Source: Hydrolagus colliei | Taxonomy: Eukaryota | NCBI GenBank assembly: GCA_035084275.1 | Contig: CM068759.1 | Span: 7,874,001-7,938,000 of the forward strand | DNA: 64,000 bases | Reading direction: 5' to 3' | Made by a program: the position numbers and the translations under genes | Notes under the pieces: model-generated | The model's input: only the letters and a program-made list of their open reading frames with translations | The model's database searches: none | Told to the model about the DNA's origin: nothing | Shown: piece after piece, positions 1-18,501 of the stretch | How positions within the stretch are numbered: the first letter of the stretch is position 1 | Layout: every line of letters starts with the position of its first letter

Positions 1-1748
1 TCCATAGTCCACCTCGGTGACCTCCTTGAATTATACTGACCTGGCCACTCCATTCGCTCAGCCGGCATCATATGCCCTGCATGAATATTGCTCTCCTGGA
101 ACACCACCGCTCCGACTTGCTCCCTCACCTCATTCAGTCTGCCTTGAGACCTATCTTACTAATAGCACTTGCGGTCATCTTACCCCTCGCAGCCCCCTCG
201 GATGCAAAGCCAAGATTGTCAAGCGCATTGGCAAGTCCTGCCTCCTGTGTAAATGTAAAATTGTATTTAAGTAAGAATAACCACTTGGTTGAAGGTGACA
301 GTGGGACTGTTTCTCAGCACAAGTGCAGTTTTCAGGAGAGGGGAGAGAACAGTAATCTCAGGATCTAACATTGGTTTCTACTCTGGAGAGGCCGCTGTAT
401 ATTCTGGGTAAAGTACAGCAATTACCCAGTGTAATTTTGCAGCAGTAAACCCACCCGTTCAGCAGCAAGGTGACCCTGTGCTTTTGTTTCAGGTACAAGA
501 GGCGGTGAAGTGAGACGAGGGATTTAATGCAACCATATCCGGAGGTGAATAACACAACTCGCTAATGCCAAGAGGCAATTTCAATCCTTTATCTTCCCCT
601 TTTCACAAATGGGCGTGTAGTGTTTTGGTGGATTTGATTTTTGTCCAGCAATGAACAAAGCTGGCACCCGGAGACATCATCCCTGCCCTCAGCTCCACAA
701 GTAAGATGGCGACAGGTCAGGGTACCCCCTCCATGTACACAATGTTCACAAAGTCCTCTTACCTCCCCCACCCCCGGTTACAACAGTGATACAAGCTGAA
801 ACGCCTTGTTACTCTTATCTGTGCTACAGAAGATATGGTACTGAACATTGCATCAGATCATTATCAGCTGTGAAAATGAAATGTGCGCACACTCATTGAT
901 CCTCTGGAGTCTAAATTGTTAAACACTTGTACTGATTACAATGAAGTTTCATTTGTTGGGTCAGTGCACTGTAGGAAAAAACACATGGAGTAAAAGGACT
1001 TTGTGAACACTCTGTACCTCCAGCTTTTGTTGTGGTTTCAGGCTCCTGATAGATTGGGATGTCAACAGAGAGGATGCCGATATGTAAGGTCTCTTACCTC
1101 AAGTGTAAAGCCTGTTATTTGCTGATTGCTTTCCAAGATGTTTCTGTCATCTATTTTTTATCAATGCAAATGGGTATTGTCTGAACAGTATTGATGCCAT
1201 TGTATAAAACTGACTGTTAACCCACCTTCAGTGAATTAACAAATAAATAATTTGACTAGATTTTATATCTACCATTTGAACAATAGATTTTTTTTCATGT
1301 GTGTTTATAACAGCACAGCCTGACAACAACAAATTCTAAACTTACTTATTTTGTAATTGGGAAGATAATATAGCTATTCCCGTAGAGCTATATTTCATTG
1401 ACTGCCATGTTCACCTGCAAAATACATTTTACATTAAATCCCATGAAACATTTGGAGACAGTCCCCCGACACAATAGTGTCACAGGCCTTGCTCATTGAT
1501 TCCCTTCAGAATGAATTCCAGGCTTGTGTATTCAAGGCAGATTAAACCACTCATTAGGCCCTGCCGCTGCACAAGGAAGAACTTTGTGTTGTGTCAATGA
1601 AGTGAAATACCATCAACAATGTGGAATCTGATGTCGATGGTGGTGTGACTCAACTTGCAATTCTAAGTTAAATTATAGCCAGAAGATTTTTCAGCCACTT
1701 GCACGAATGCCACAAAAAATAATTACTTTCCATTTTTAACCAAAACAT

Positions 1749-1754
1749 TTTAAT
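1749..1754 (-). terminator. Candidate SNRPB polyadenylation signal (ATTAAA)
   Basis: ATTAAA about 210 nt after the stop codon, followed by a U/GU-rich stretch. A second ATTAAA lies at 1784-1789. Confidence 0.4.
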
Positions 1755-1965
1755 AAAAATCTCAAAATATTACAACCAGTTTTTTTAATTAAAAAAAAAC
1801 TAAATTCTTCTGATACAGCCTCCCCTCCAATAGATCTCCTGGTATTTAAGCTCCAGCCATCGCAATAGCACTACGCAGAAAGTCTGTGTTGGATTCAATC
1901 CCATCAATATGGCTACATCCGCGGACATTGTAAGTATCCAGCCCAGATAGCTCGCTGCTTCATTC

Positions 1966-7404
<5,439 letters not shown>

Positions 7405-7774
7405 GGTTGCGGGCGGGATGGGCTCACGACCCGATGGATTCGCAAAGACCAAAAAGGCCCAAAAATATTCCCGCGGCGCCGGCAAGCCAGAGCTGCGCAG
7501 GGGATGCTGGGAGAGTGAAGGTCTGTAACGCGAGGGACGCCGGGACAGAGAAGGTCGGTTACGCGAGGGACGCCGGGACAGAGAAGGTCGCCCCCCCTCC
7601 CCTTCCTTTGGTGCATTCAATACACTGTATCAGATGCCCTGGCTGGGGAGGAATGGGTGTGTGTATCTGACACACACTATGTCTATGGGGGTGTTACTGG
7701 AATCGTTTGACAAGCAGCTTGATGCTGTGATGGGGGGAGGGCGATAGGGTCTGTGTTTTGGAAGGATGATGATA

Positions 7775-8152
7775 CTAATAATTATCCTTACATTTGATAC
7801 AGAGCCTTATCACATCTTCGAGTCGTCTCCAAGCGCTTTGCAGAATATACTGTAAAGTGCATTGACTGTATGTTTTGTGGGCAAAACACGGCAGCCAATT
7901 GCGCACAGCAAGAGTCCCACAAACAGTCGTGGATTGAGTTACCAAATTCTTCGAATTTTTTTTACATATAGGCATTATTACCGTAAAAGTTATCCCGCCA
8001 ATTGACTAATAATCAGGTTCCTACTTACTCCTAGGTAAACAGAGGCTTGTGGAGTAGGGAAACATGCCCATCGTTTCGCCCTGCCGGGGAATCGAACCCT
8101 CAAACCTCTTGCTTGCTAGCCGAGTGCTCTAACCACACAACTACAGGACTCC
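7775..8152 (-). mobile_element. tRNA-derived SINE copy (long linker variant)
   Basis: Same head, body and tail plus a CCTAGGAGTAAGTAGGAACC linker. Confidence 0.8.
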
Positions 8153-10333
8153 ACGATGATCCAAAGGACCTTCTGAACCGATCTTTCGAGAGAAGGGAAC
8201 CAGTTTCAATGAAGACAATCTGACCACCATCTCTTAGAATTAATATTCAATCAGTTTTATTGTCAGAAGTTATTTAAAAGCCACAATTTTCCACACTTGT
8301 TTCCAAGGAGGGCCCTGCTGCTAAAGTACAGTGACAACAGTAATTTGGACAGTCAAATGTGCACAGAGAGGGATACTGTCCTACCACAATGCACTTAATT
8401 AAGCAACATATTATAATGGCCAACTTTCTCCTCATGGAAGATCTAACCTGTTCATCTAACTCACTCACGTTAGCACGTGGGTGTAGTTTGTACGAGAATT
8501 CAACCAGTATAATCAGCGATAAGCTGTCCTATAATTGCAAATATAAAACATTTGTTTCACAATAAATTGCCATGTGCGCTACAGAAAATCTTCAATGGGA
8601 TTATGATTGCCTCTCTCTCCCAAAGCACAAATTCCCATCCACTCAAATTGTCACTTCGCATCCGCCTCCAGCGTCAATCTGGACACTCACTGATTGTGGG
8701 ATGACCCTTGTGTCATTGTCAGTGCAGACACCATAAATCTCCCAACACAACATTCTTATATTCAGGCAACAGTGAATGAGTAAGCATGCATTGATCACTC
8801 ATTCGATTTGCCATGAATCAAAGCCCTGTTTATTACAGCACATTAAAGATCCTTGCCTTTATTTTTGCAATGAGCATTCTACATTAACCCAAATGGACTA
8901 AGGCAACGGGACAATGGTCTGAAGCGGAGCTGAATCAAGTGGTCAACAGTGAGACAGACAGGGTTCTCGGTTTAACTTCTCAACCTCTCACTCTATAATA
9001 ACCATTTATAAATTGTGATGAGTCAAGTCAGGGATTTGATTTGGGCAAGAGTTTGGCAACAAAATAGCTTCCAATTTCCAATGACAAATAATTCTTAGCC
9101 CCCCAATAAACATAGAGAGGAAATTGTCAGATCTGTTTCCATCCACAAGCCTCTTATGTTTAACCATTGATGATAGAGGTTAAAGGTTAGCTCAGATACA
9201 GTAACACTGGGCCCTCCAATAGCACAGCTCAAAAGCACAGGACAGGGTTTATTGGCTATTACTGTTCAAATTGTTCAGTAAAGTACCGGTTTAAATCAGT
9301 GCGTGTATTCGATTCCATTCATGCACCCTTTTCATTCAATCTTGATCAGCAGGGTAATATAGAACCTGCTTAATTCAGTGCCTGTGATTCAGCTCATTCA
9401 CGTATCGGTTTACTTCAGTGTCCTCGTCTGGGCCAGGCACTGAAGTGAGTCTTTAACTCAATCCAGTACAGCACTCACTGAACTGAACTGAATGCCCGAG
9501 TCTCAAAACCGTCTAAAAGCACAGGGAGCTACTGCAAAGTTGAGACAGTGAGGGGACAAACAGAGCTCAATTGGAGTGTACCTACAATTAGTGCTGCTGA
9601 ATAGGATTGGTACCTACATGTTGGTGGAGCCTATAAATTACAGATAAAAATGGTAGAATCTTGGGAGCAAGTTACAATTCTTTGAACCTGACAAGGAGTT
9701 CAGGGGAATGTATAACCCCGGTATGATTGTGAATGACGTTTGAAACCTAGAGTTCAACTCATTAAACTCATTCATCCCCAAGTCTCCGCTGTCTCATTTT
9801 TATACAGTACATTACTTTTTTCTGGAAGCCCACACCCGCCAGAAATTACAATACAATTGGTTATACAGTACAAAAGTTGTACAATAGAGGAACATCGGGT
9901 TTCGATAGCATTAGAGGAAGGACTATTGTTTGTATGCAGCAAAAAAAAAGGTCCGTTTTTAAAAATACAAAGTACAGATCCACTAATAAATTATGAACCG
10001 TTATCATACAAACTTCACTTTACATAATCACCATGATCGAGCAAATTCTTAAAAACATGTCTAAGAAATAAACACAGATTTTTTTTGCTTAAAAGGCCCA
10101 GATTTGGACTGAGCCCTCCCAAGTAGATCAGAGTAACATCACAGCAAGCAAATGTGCCCTTTTGTCCCCTGTAACACTGCCTCGCTGCAGCCTTACAGGG
10201 CTTTGCATGCTTCTTAATGGAGACTTGTTCTCTGATCGTCGGTTAAACGGTGGATTGATTTTCTTTTGCTGACTTGATCTCGCTGCGCGTTTCCTTACGT
10301 TGCTGTGTGCTGCGAGGACTGTCGCCTGGCGGA

Positions 10334-10534
10334 TCACCCATAATGATACACAAAGTCATAACTGCTGGGCTCCTTGGGGATGGGGGGAGGTGCCTCGGGG
10401 ATCTGGATGTTCTCCAGGTCCAACAGACGCAACTTCATCTCCATGCTGAGCAGAGTGTCCAGGTCGTTCTTGGTCAGCTCACTGCCCATCTCCTTCCCCA
10501 GCAAAGCGTTTAGTCCATCGGTCCAGATACAGTA
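10334..10534 (-). CDS. ELMO2: ELMO2 last coding exon
   Basis: CAG|[69 protein letters not shown]. Confidence 0.97.
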   Translation of the reverse strand, partial: YCIWTDGLNALLGKEMGSELTKNDLDTLLSMEMKLRLLDLENIQIPEAPPPIPKEPSSYDFVYHYG

Positions 10535-13500
10535 CTGCACAGGAACAGAATGGGAATTTTTAAAAACACAAGTATGGGATGGAGCAGGGTAATACAGTTT
10601 AGATCCACAGAGGTCCTTGGTCCCATCCTCTTCAATATCTACATGCTCCCTCTTGGTTACATCATCCGCAGCCCCTGTCCTCTCTTGCGCCAGGCTCCAT
10701 GACCCTATCACTCCCATTGTCGCTCGACTCACTGGCTTCCCATCACACAGAGGATACAGTTCAAGATCCTGATCCCCACCTGCAAAGCACTCCATGGCCT
10801 AACTCTGTGACCCCCTAACCCCCCAGTAACTTGCCCACTCCCTCCTCCACTCAGTAGACTGGCCTACTTCACATCCCCTGCCTTACCCACCCCACCATAA
10901 ATGGGCAGGTCTTTCGCCACTCTGCTACCACCTTCTGGAATGCCACCCCACAGTCCGTCCACCTCGCCCCCTCCCTTGCCTCTTTCAAGACCTGTCTCAA
11001 GACCCTCCTCTTCAACCGTGCCTTCGATCACCCTCCATCCCTCCCCTGCCTACACCCTCATTGATCCTGAAACCCAGTTCGGGTCCAAAACACTGACTGT
11101 TCAGTGCCTTGAGACATCTTCCTGATGTGAAAGACGCTATACAAATCTAATTTTGTCATTGATGTTCACAAATTCCTGTTGTATTTTGCTGTAGCACCAT
11201 ATCATATCATCAAGATGTCTGAAAGCATAAATTATGTTGTATTTTATGTCTGAAACACAGCAGCCAATTGCTCACAGCAGTGTCTCACAAACAGCCATGA
11301 AATGAATGACCAATTTCATTTCGGGGATTGTCGGCCAACAAACACAGACTAACTGTGATTTTAAAACACTGATTCAGTTTCCTCCTTTTCTCCCTATTTG
11401 GTCTTTTCAATGAGAATAGGGAATCATGATCCACTCTGTTAGCTTATTAACTTTCATTTTCAGAACTCTCTCTCTCTGTCGCCAAATAACCCTTACTGAG
11501 TACCATGCTCCCATTCCAGTCTCCTAACATACCATGTTTGACTTGGCAGTTGGTGCCATACATTTGTGAGAATGCTTAGATTACACTTTATATTTCTCGA
11601 TATTAAACATGTACCATTCCGTTGCCCATTTGCTAAGTGCCTGAATTGCTTGCAAAACACCACTTAGCACCTTGGATCCTCTTTCCACATGACTTGGGTA
11701 TTCTACTTACAGTGGCTTCCTCCAGAAGATCATTAATAAACATGATAAACAGCAGGAGTGCTGTTCGCCTAACCGTCTGTCTAACCAGTCACTGAACCAA
11801 TTATCCCTTAGCCATTTCACCACCTCAGGATACTGCCGGTTGCTCAAATAGTTCCACTTCTGTCATTCCACCTTAGAATCACTAAACTGCATGAAACAGA
11901 ATCATACAACTATAGAAATGTACAACACAGAAGGAGTCCATGCAGACTATCGAGTTTGCCCTGGCTCTCAGAGCAAGCTGTGCATTCAAACGGACTGCCC
12001 CTGCCTTATCCCTATATTCTTCTTTCCTACATCTATCAATGCTTCACCCAAAAGATTTTCAAGACTCCTTGGATTGATGTTTGTTAGGTCAGGTTATCAA
12101 GGAATATGGGGGAAGTGGGGGTAATTTAAAAGAGAGGTAAACATTTATTTGGGGAGGACAGGTTTGTGAAGTTATGGGGACAGAACTGGGGAGTGGGATT
12201 AAATTGCTCTTTTTAAAGAGCCAGCACAGACTTGATGGGCCGAATGGCCTCCTTTTGTGCCGTAAGATTCTATGAATTGGAGTTGAGGTACAGGTCAGCC
12301 ATGATCTTATGAATTGGGATTGAATGACCTACTCCTGTTTCTATGGTAGGAACAAAGATGAGTTGAAGGAAAATTTTTAAGAAGGTGGTGGGGAAAGGGG
12401 TGGGGACTGTGCCAGTTCAGAAGAACTGAACAGCGGGACTAAAATTCACACTTGCCTCATATTTGTTGGGAGCGATGAAGTTCAGAGCCTCGTCGGGATC
12501 ATGTAGAACAGAGAAGGCTAACTCCAGGACATCCTGTGGTGGAAAGAGAACAGCAGAAACTAAACGAGAGAACGCTAGCAGATTAAAGCACTAATCCTGT
12601 TTCTCAAATAAGCATCTCCACTAATAAGCTTGTGGTTTATAACACTCACCCACTCTCTCCACGAGCTCCATATCCCACAGAGCCGTAACCACACTGGCAC
12701 AACACTTCAACCAGAAATACATTATTCAGAATGTATTCAACAAATTATTGTGAAATCTCTGGCGAGGCCTAGGCCTACCACTCAAATGCATTTCTCACCA
12801 TAAGTGGCTAAGGTCACAATAACAGCTTGCATCTATCTCTACAGCCCACTTCACTCTGGGTGCTGACTTCAAAGCACTCATTTTCTTGGGTTTTAACCAT
12901 ACACTGGGGAGGAATTTGCCACTTTTGATGAGCAAATTATCACATTACGAACCGGATAATTTAACTCGAGTGATTGTAAACCGTCATTCGACTGTTTCTC
13001 GGTTGAAAACGTACAGTGGATACAATACAATACAGTGCAAGACAGGTCAACAGCATCAGAGAAAACAGCCACATTAGCCAATACATGTTTTGTGGGGCCA
13101 GCCGGGTGGCACCATGCTGAAGGGTGGCCAAATCAAGCGGAATCATTTCCGTGCATCCCACCTGAACGTGGAAATCCCAGAGATAGATTGTTGTACCTTG
13201 GGAAGTCCTCCCGCCGTGAAAGGCACTCTAGAAATGCAATTTTGTGGTTGTTTTTGTTGGAAAGGAATGCGCACTCTCCCTGGAGGGACACATGCTGCTT
13301 ACCTAAGTACTGTATTACGTGCAAGTTGATGCCGCCTGTGACAGTTGGGATAACTGCTGGAGTCTTACCAACTAAAAACCTCATTGATACAGCGCTGACT
13401 GACAAACTATCCCGATGCTTGTCCGAATGTTTATTGGACACCGCTGTGCACAATCGGCTGCCATGTTTTGCCCACAAAATAAATTCACAGTCAATCCATT

Positions 13501-16500
13501 TTACAGTATGTTCTGCGGAGCAATTTATGAGGTCTTGATTCTGGAAAGTATTAGGCGCAGGTTGGCAAGAGCCAAGGCTTGGTGGGGGGGGGGCAGGGTG
13601 TTTGTTGGGGTAACTGCTGGAGTCTGACCAGCTCACATGATGTTGCCCAGGTTTAATATCTCACGGACACATGCCTTTAGGAACTTTTTGACTAACTTTC
13701 CGATAAAGCTCCACATCTTTAGTTTCTGTGTCATTTCTGTGTCATTGAAACGTTCTTCTTTCCATTTAAGACAGTGACTCACCCCAGGGCACAGAGCCAC
13801 AGACATCTGCAATGCTTCCCCCTCAACTAACCATTGCTCAGTTGGAAGGCTGCATAGTGAGCGTTGGCGGGGTAGCCTGTTAAAATAATATAAATAATCC
13901 TTCCATTTGATACAGTGCCTTATCACGTTGTTGAGACATCTCAAAGCGCTTCATGGGATATACCGTAAAGTGGAGTGACTGTGTATTTTGTGGGCGAAAC
14001 GCAGCAGCAAAATGCGGCTATCCAACTGTGCACAGCAGCGCCCCAGAAACAACCATGGGATGAGCGATCAAATTTATTTGGGTGCATTGTTGGCCAGACA
14101 CCGGCAGAGAGACTCTCCCTTCTCGTTTCGAATAGTCAACATTAACATCCACCTGAACAGGCAGATGGGACCTCAGTTAAACATCTTGTCTGAAGATCAC
14201 ACCTCTGACAATGTGGTCTGAGAAGCACTGTATTGGAGTGTCAGCTTCTTAGACAATGTAACAATCTTAACACTGTATACATACAGCACACACTCACACA
14301 CACACCACTGCAGGAAAGTCACCAGTTGTACCTTGTTTTGTTTGGTAGCGCTCTTCTCTCTCATGTGGGGACAGTCCTTCCCGGTCACCACAGCTTTAAT
14401 ATTCACAACGGGAACTGGAGAAAGTTAGAAACACCAGTGACCAACACCGTCAATGCATTGCAGCCAGCGAATGAATAACCGACCGGCTGCTGACCGGCAG
14501 TGTACAGCACTGCAGGGTTCACCTCAAAGCAATATCCATTGCGTGCACCATTTGGCAAGGACCATTGTGTGCAGAATTGGTTGTCAGACACAACTATTCT
14601 TATATTTGATATTGCGTCTTCTCACGCTGTTGAAATGGCATAAAGGGCTTCACAGCATCTACCATAAAGTGCCCTGACTGTGGGTTTGGTCGATGAAACC
14701 ACAGCAGCCAATTGCACACAGCTACGTCCCACAAACAGTTATGAAGTTAGTAACCAATTTTATTTAGAGGATTGTTGGCCAGGACACTGGGAGAGACAAA
14801 CCTCCTCTTCTCTTTTCAAATAGAGCCGCAGGAATCTTTAACAACACAAAATTACATTTATAGAGCTCCTTACTCGTCGGGAGGATGTCCCAAGGCGCTG
14901 AAACGTTCACCTGAACAGATTGACAGGATCTCGGTCTAACGTGTCACCTGAAGGCGCCACCTCTGACCATCAGAACTCCACTGGTGCCTCAGCCTAGACT
15001 ATGTGAGCTGACATGGGGCTTCAACCCAAAACGTTTGTATTCAGTGGCAAGAGTATTACCGACTGACCCAGGCTAACAATGTACAGAGACAGAGGGAAAG
15101 GGCAAGAGACTTACTTTTTTCCTGCAGAGACTCAAAGGCCACTTCTCCCTGTGGGTTCTCATCCAAGTCTCCATAATGCAACACTTTATGATTCAATGAG
15201 AGTCTGCAGTACCAGAACTTATCTGTGGAGCAGCAAGGCAATGGGTGATCAGACTGCATTTCTGAAACCGTGAACGCACACAGTCCAGCGCCATGAATCT
15301 CTTCCCCCCCACCCCCCACCCTAAATGACGGGCGGTCATCCAAAAGGGTTTGCCCCCGAGTTGGGATCAGGCGGGATGGAGGGTGGGGAGGTGGGGGTAG
15401 GGGTTGCAAACCCCCGCCTCTACGCAGGATGTAGAAAAGGCCAGAAAAACACACATAAAAAGGCTTGAGACGAGCCTTTGAAGGAGGTAAGGGAGGGAGA
15501 CTGATTGAGTTTCGGTGTAACCAGTGAGCACACATTGGCCAGGTCCCACACAGTGCCATACCTTGCCGCCTGCGGCTGACTTTCCGGAAGCTGGTGCCCT
15601 CACACAGGCGGTTCAGCCGTTGCTGTTTGATCAGCTCCATGATCTCAGGCTGAATCTTCTCCCGCAGTTCACTGCAAACAACCAACCAACAACAACAATA
15701 CATTGACACAGCACCTTTCACATCGGGAGGACGTCCCAAGCAGGTGGGCAGTCAATGATGTGCACCCGAGCTGCAGGTCTGGATCAGGGAAGGTTGGGAG
15801 CAGGGAAGGTAGGCGTAGGAAGGTGACCGAAGGCACGTCCAAAGAGGAGGGTCTTGAAAGAGGCAAGGGAGGGGCTCAGGGATGGTGTTCCAAAGGGTTG
15901 GGGCAGACGCCAATGGTGGGGTGGACTGGGTGGGAGATGTGGAGGAGGCTGGAGTTCGCTGAGCGCAGGGAGCAGATAGGTTGATATGAATATGGTCAGC
16001 GCACATCACCCACATGACAGACCCACGCTCCAGAGAAACAGGGTCTGTGTATAGGAAGGATGGAGCAGGCAGAAGTAATTCTCTTGTCTCATCTCCTACC
16101 CCGCACCTCCCCACTCCGGTCTCTCCCTCCTGTAGCCGAACACATAGTCTCCTCCCACAGGACGCAGAAAGGGCCAGAGAAACACAACAAGAGGCCGATT
16201 CCCTGGGGAATTCCTCCACAACATTGCAAGGTCGGTTGTTCGTCGATTGACGGGATAGTAAACCCTTCAAGGTAATTATAATAATAATAATTTGGTCACT
16301 CAATCCACGACTGTAGTGTGGGACACCGCTGTGTACAATTTGCCACCGCGTTTCGCCCACAAAATAAACAGTCAATTGACTTCACAGTATATTCTGTGAA
16401 GCGTTTTGAGACGTCTCAATGACATGATAAGGTGCTGTATCAAATGCAAGGCTTAATATTACTATTATTATTAATAAAGACAGTCAAGCGAACTCTAAGA

Positions 16501-18464
16501 GAGGACCACAGCACCACCACTAGACTCCATCCAAAAGCTATTGCCTAGGACGAGTGGTGAGGAGTCCACTGATTGGGGCTTTTGATCGAAGCTGGGACAG
16601 ATGAGGCGTTGACCTACACGATTGGTGGGGACTGGAAGTCATCCTGGCTCATCCTCTCAGACTGTCGCAGTCTCAGGATCTCCGAGTAGCTCAGGCAGCG
16701 CAGTTTGCTCTTGAACTGATCCAGCGAATTCGGCTTCGTGCTCAGCGTCCTCGTAATCTGCTCACGGACAACCTGCATCACCTACACGCATGAGAGGGAG
16801 AGAGGCAGGGAGAGAGGGAGAGAGAGAGAGAAGTAAATCTCAGCACCTTCAGCCATCAGGGAATGAATAGAAACACTTCTGGAGCCCCATAGCAGAGTGG
16901 TTAGTGATGCAGTGAGGTTCACAACAATCAGAAACATGTGGAGTGCCAGTTATTAGTCGATTGGCGGATCAGTTTCTGGGAGTTATAATCCCTCCCAAAA
17001 AAACGTTGGTGATGAGACATTAAACCGAGGTCCCGTCTGTCTGTACAGGTCGACAATAAAGATTTCTGTGGACTATTTGAAAAGAGAAGGGAGTTTCTCT
17101 CGGTTTCCTGTACAACAATAGAATTGGTGTTCACTTTAAGGGCTGTTGGTGGAATATTATTACTGTGCGCAAATTGGCTGCCACATTAGCTTCCAAAATA
17201 CACAGTCACCACACTTTATAGTAAATCCTGTGAAGAGTTTTGAGACATCCTTTTGACGGGAAATGCAAGTCGGCTATGCCAAATGCAAAGATTTTAAAAA
17301 AAAAATAATCCTGTCCCCCAGCCCACACCCACCCAGCTCAAGATGAAAGTTAACGCCATGGTTTCTGTTGCAAGATTTCAGCCCCTGAGGGGTTCTTGGC
17401 AGGGTTGGCTGTGTGTGTGGGCGTTTGCGGGCTGTCTCAGGCTCTCTCTGTGCCAGTCACAGTTAGTGTAACTGCGGGGGTGATGTTACTGCTCCTCGGA
17501 GAACAGTCATCTTGGGAACAGGTGCAGAGCTAAGGTTCAGAGCAACCAGACCCTGATTAGAGCGCTCGACTCGCAGGCAAGAGGACCCAGGTTTGATTCC
17601 TGGGCAGGGCAAAATCTGACGAGTCTCCTACTCGTCAGATTTACCGAGCAGTCAGTAGGAACCTGGTTGTTAGTCGACTGCATATTTGTTTTCCAGGGAT
17701 AATAATTTCTCCCCCAAATAAATAATTTTTTTAAAAATGAATAATTTGGTCATTCAATCCACAACTGTTTGTGAAAACTGCTGTATATAATTGGCTGCTG
17801 CTTTTCGCCCACAAAGTATATAGTCAATTTACTTTACATTATATTCTGTGGAGCCTTTTACGAGATATCTCAATGACGTGATAAATCGCTATATCAAATG
17901 CAAGGATTATTATCAGTATTATTACTTTTATTATACTCCAAACCAGTGAGAAATCGCTGGCAGCGTGGACAACATGGATTCTGGTGTTGGTCACGGAGTC
18001 CATCCAGCGTGAGTTGCAAGCAGAGCACAGCTCCCTCTCCTATGATCCAAGTAACAACCCAACTAATAGTAATAATAATCCCAGTCACTGGTGGGAATCT
18101 CCTCTCCAGGTTATATGGAAAGGTTCTTCTTTTATTCTACATATTTCTGACACTCGGATACATTCCATTCTCTCAGATTCCGAACACACGTATTTACACT
18201 CCCTGCTCTTGGATTACTAACACTCGATATATCCTCTCTGCTCTGCAATTTCAGACACACATAAACTTATAAACTCCCTGCTCCCAGATTCCCGACACTT
18301 GATTTCGCTCAGTGGATAAGACGAGAGGCGAATATGGGAACTCGATCGTCCGCAACAACTAAAGTCCTTAAATCCGCAGAAGTGACAGACCTTTCAAGAC
18401 CGAGACCAAGTGAGAGAGAGATACACACACAGGAGTGGGAGACAGACAGTGGGAATACAGAGAA

Positions 18465-18501
<37 letters not shown>

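Noticed and set aside
870-1310. Possible 3' UTR end of a convergent plus-strand gene (AATAAA ~1242)
   Set aside because: No coding exon visible in the window, and hexamers are common in AT-rich DNA
1800-1850. Downstream alternative acceptor giving a mammalian SmB-type (GLL*) ending
   Set aside because: CAG near 1839-1841 lacks a pyrimidine tract and does not give a short GLL* end
9413-9447. Hairpin ACTTCAGTG...CACTGAAGT in the probable ELMO2 3' UTR
   Set aside because: About 12-bp stem only, no IRE/SECIS/miRNA signature; plausible by chance in a TCAG-rich region
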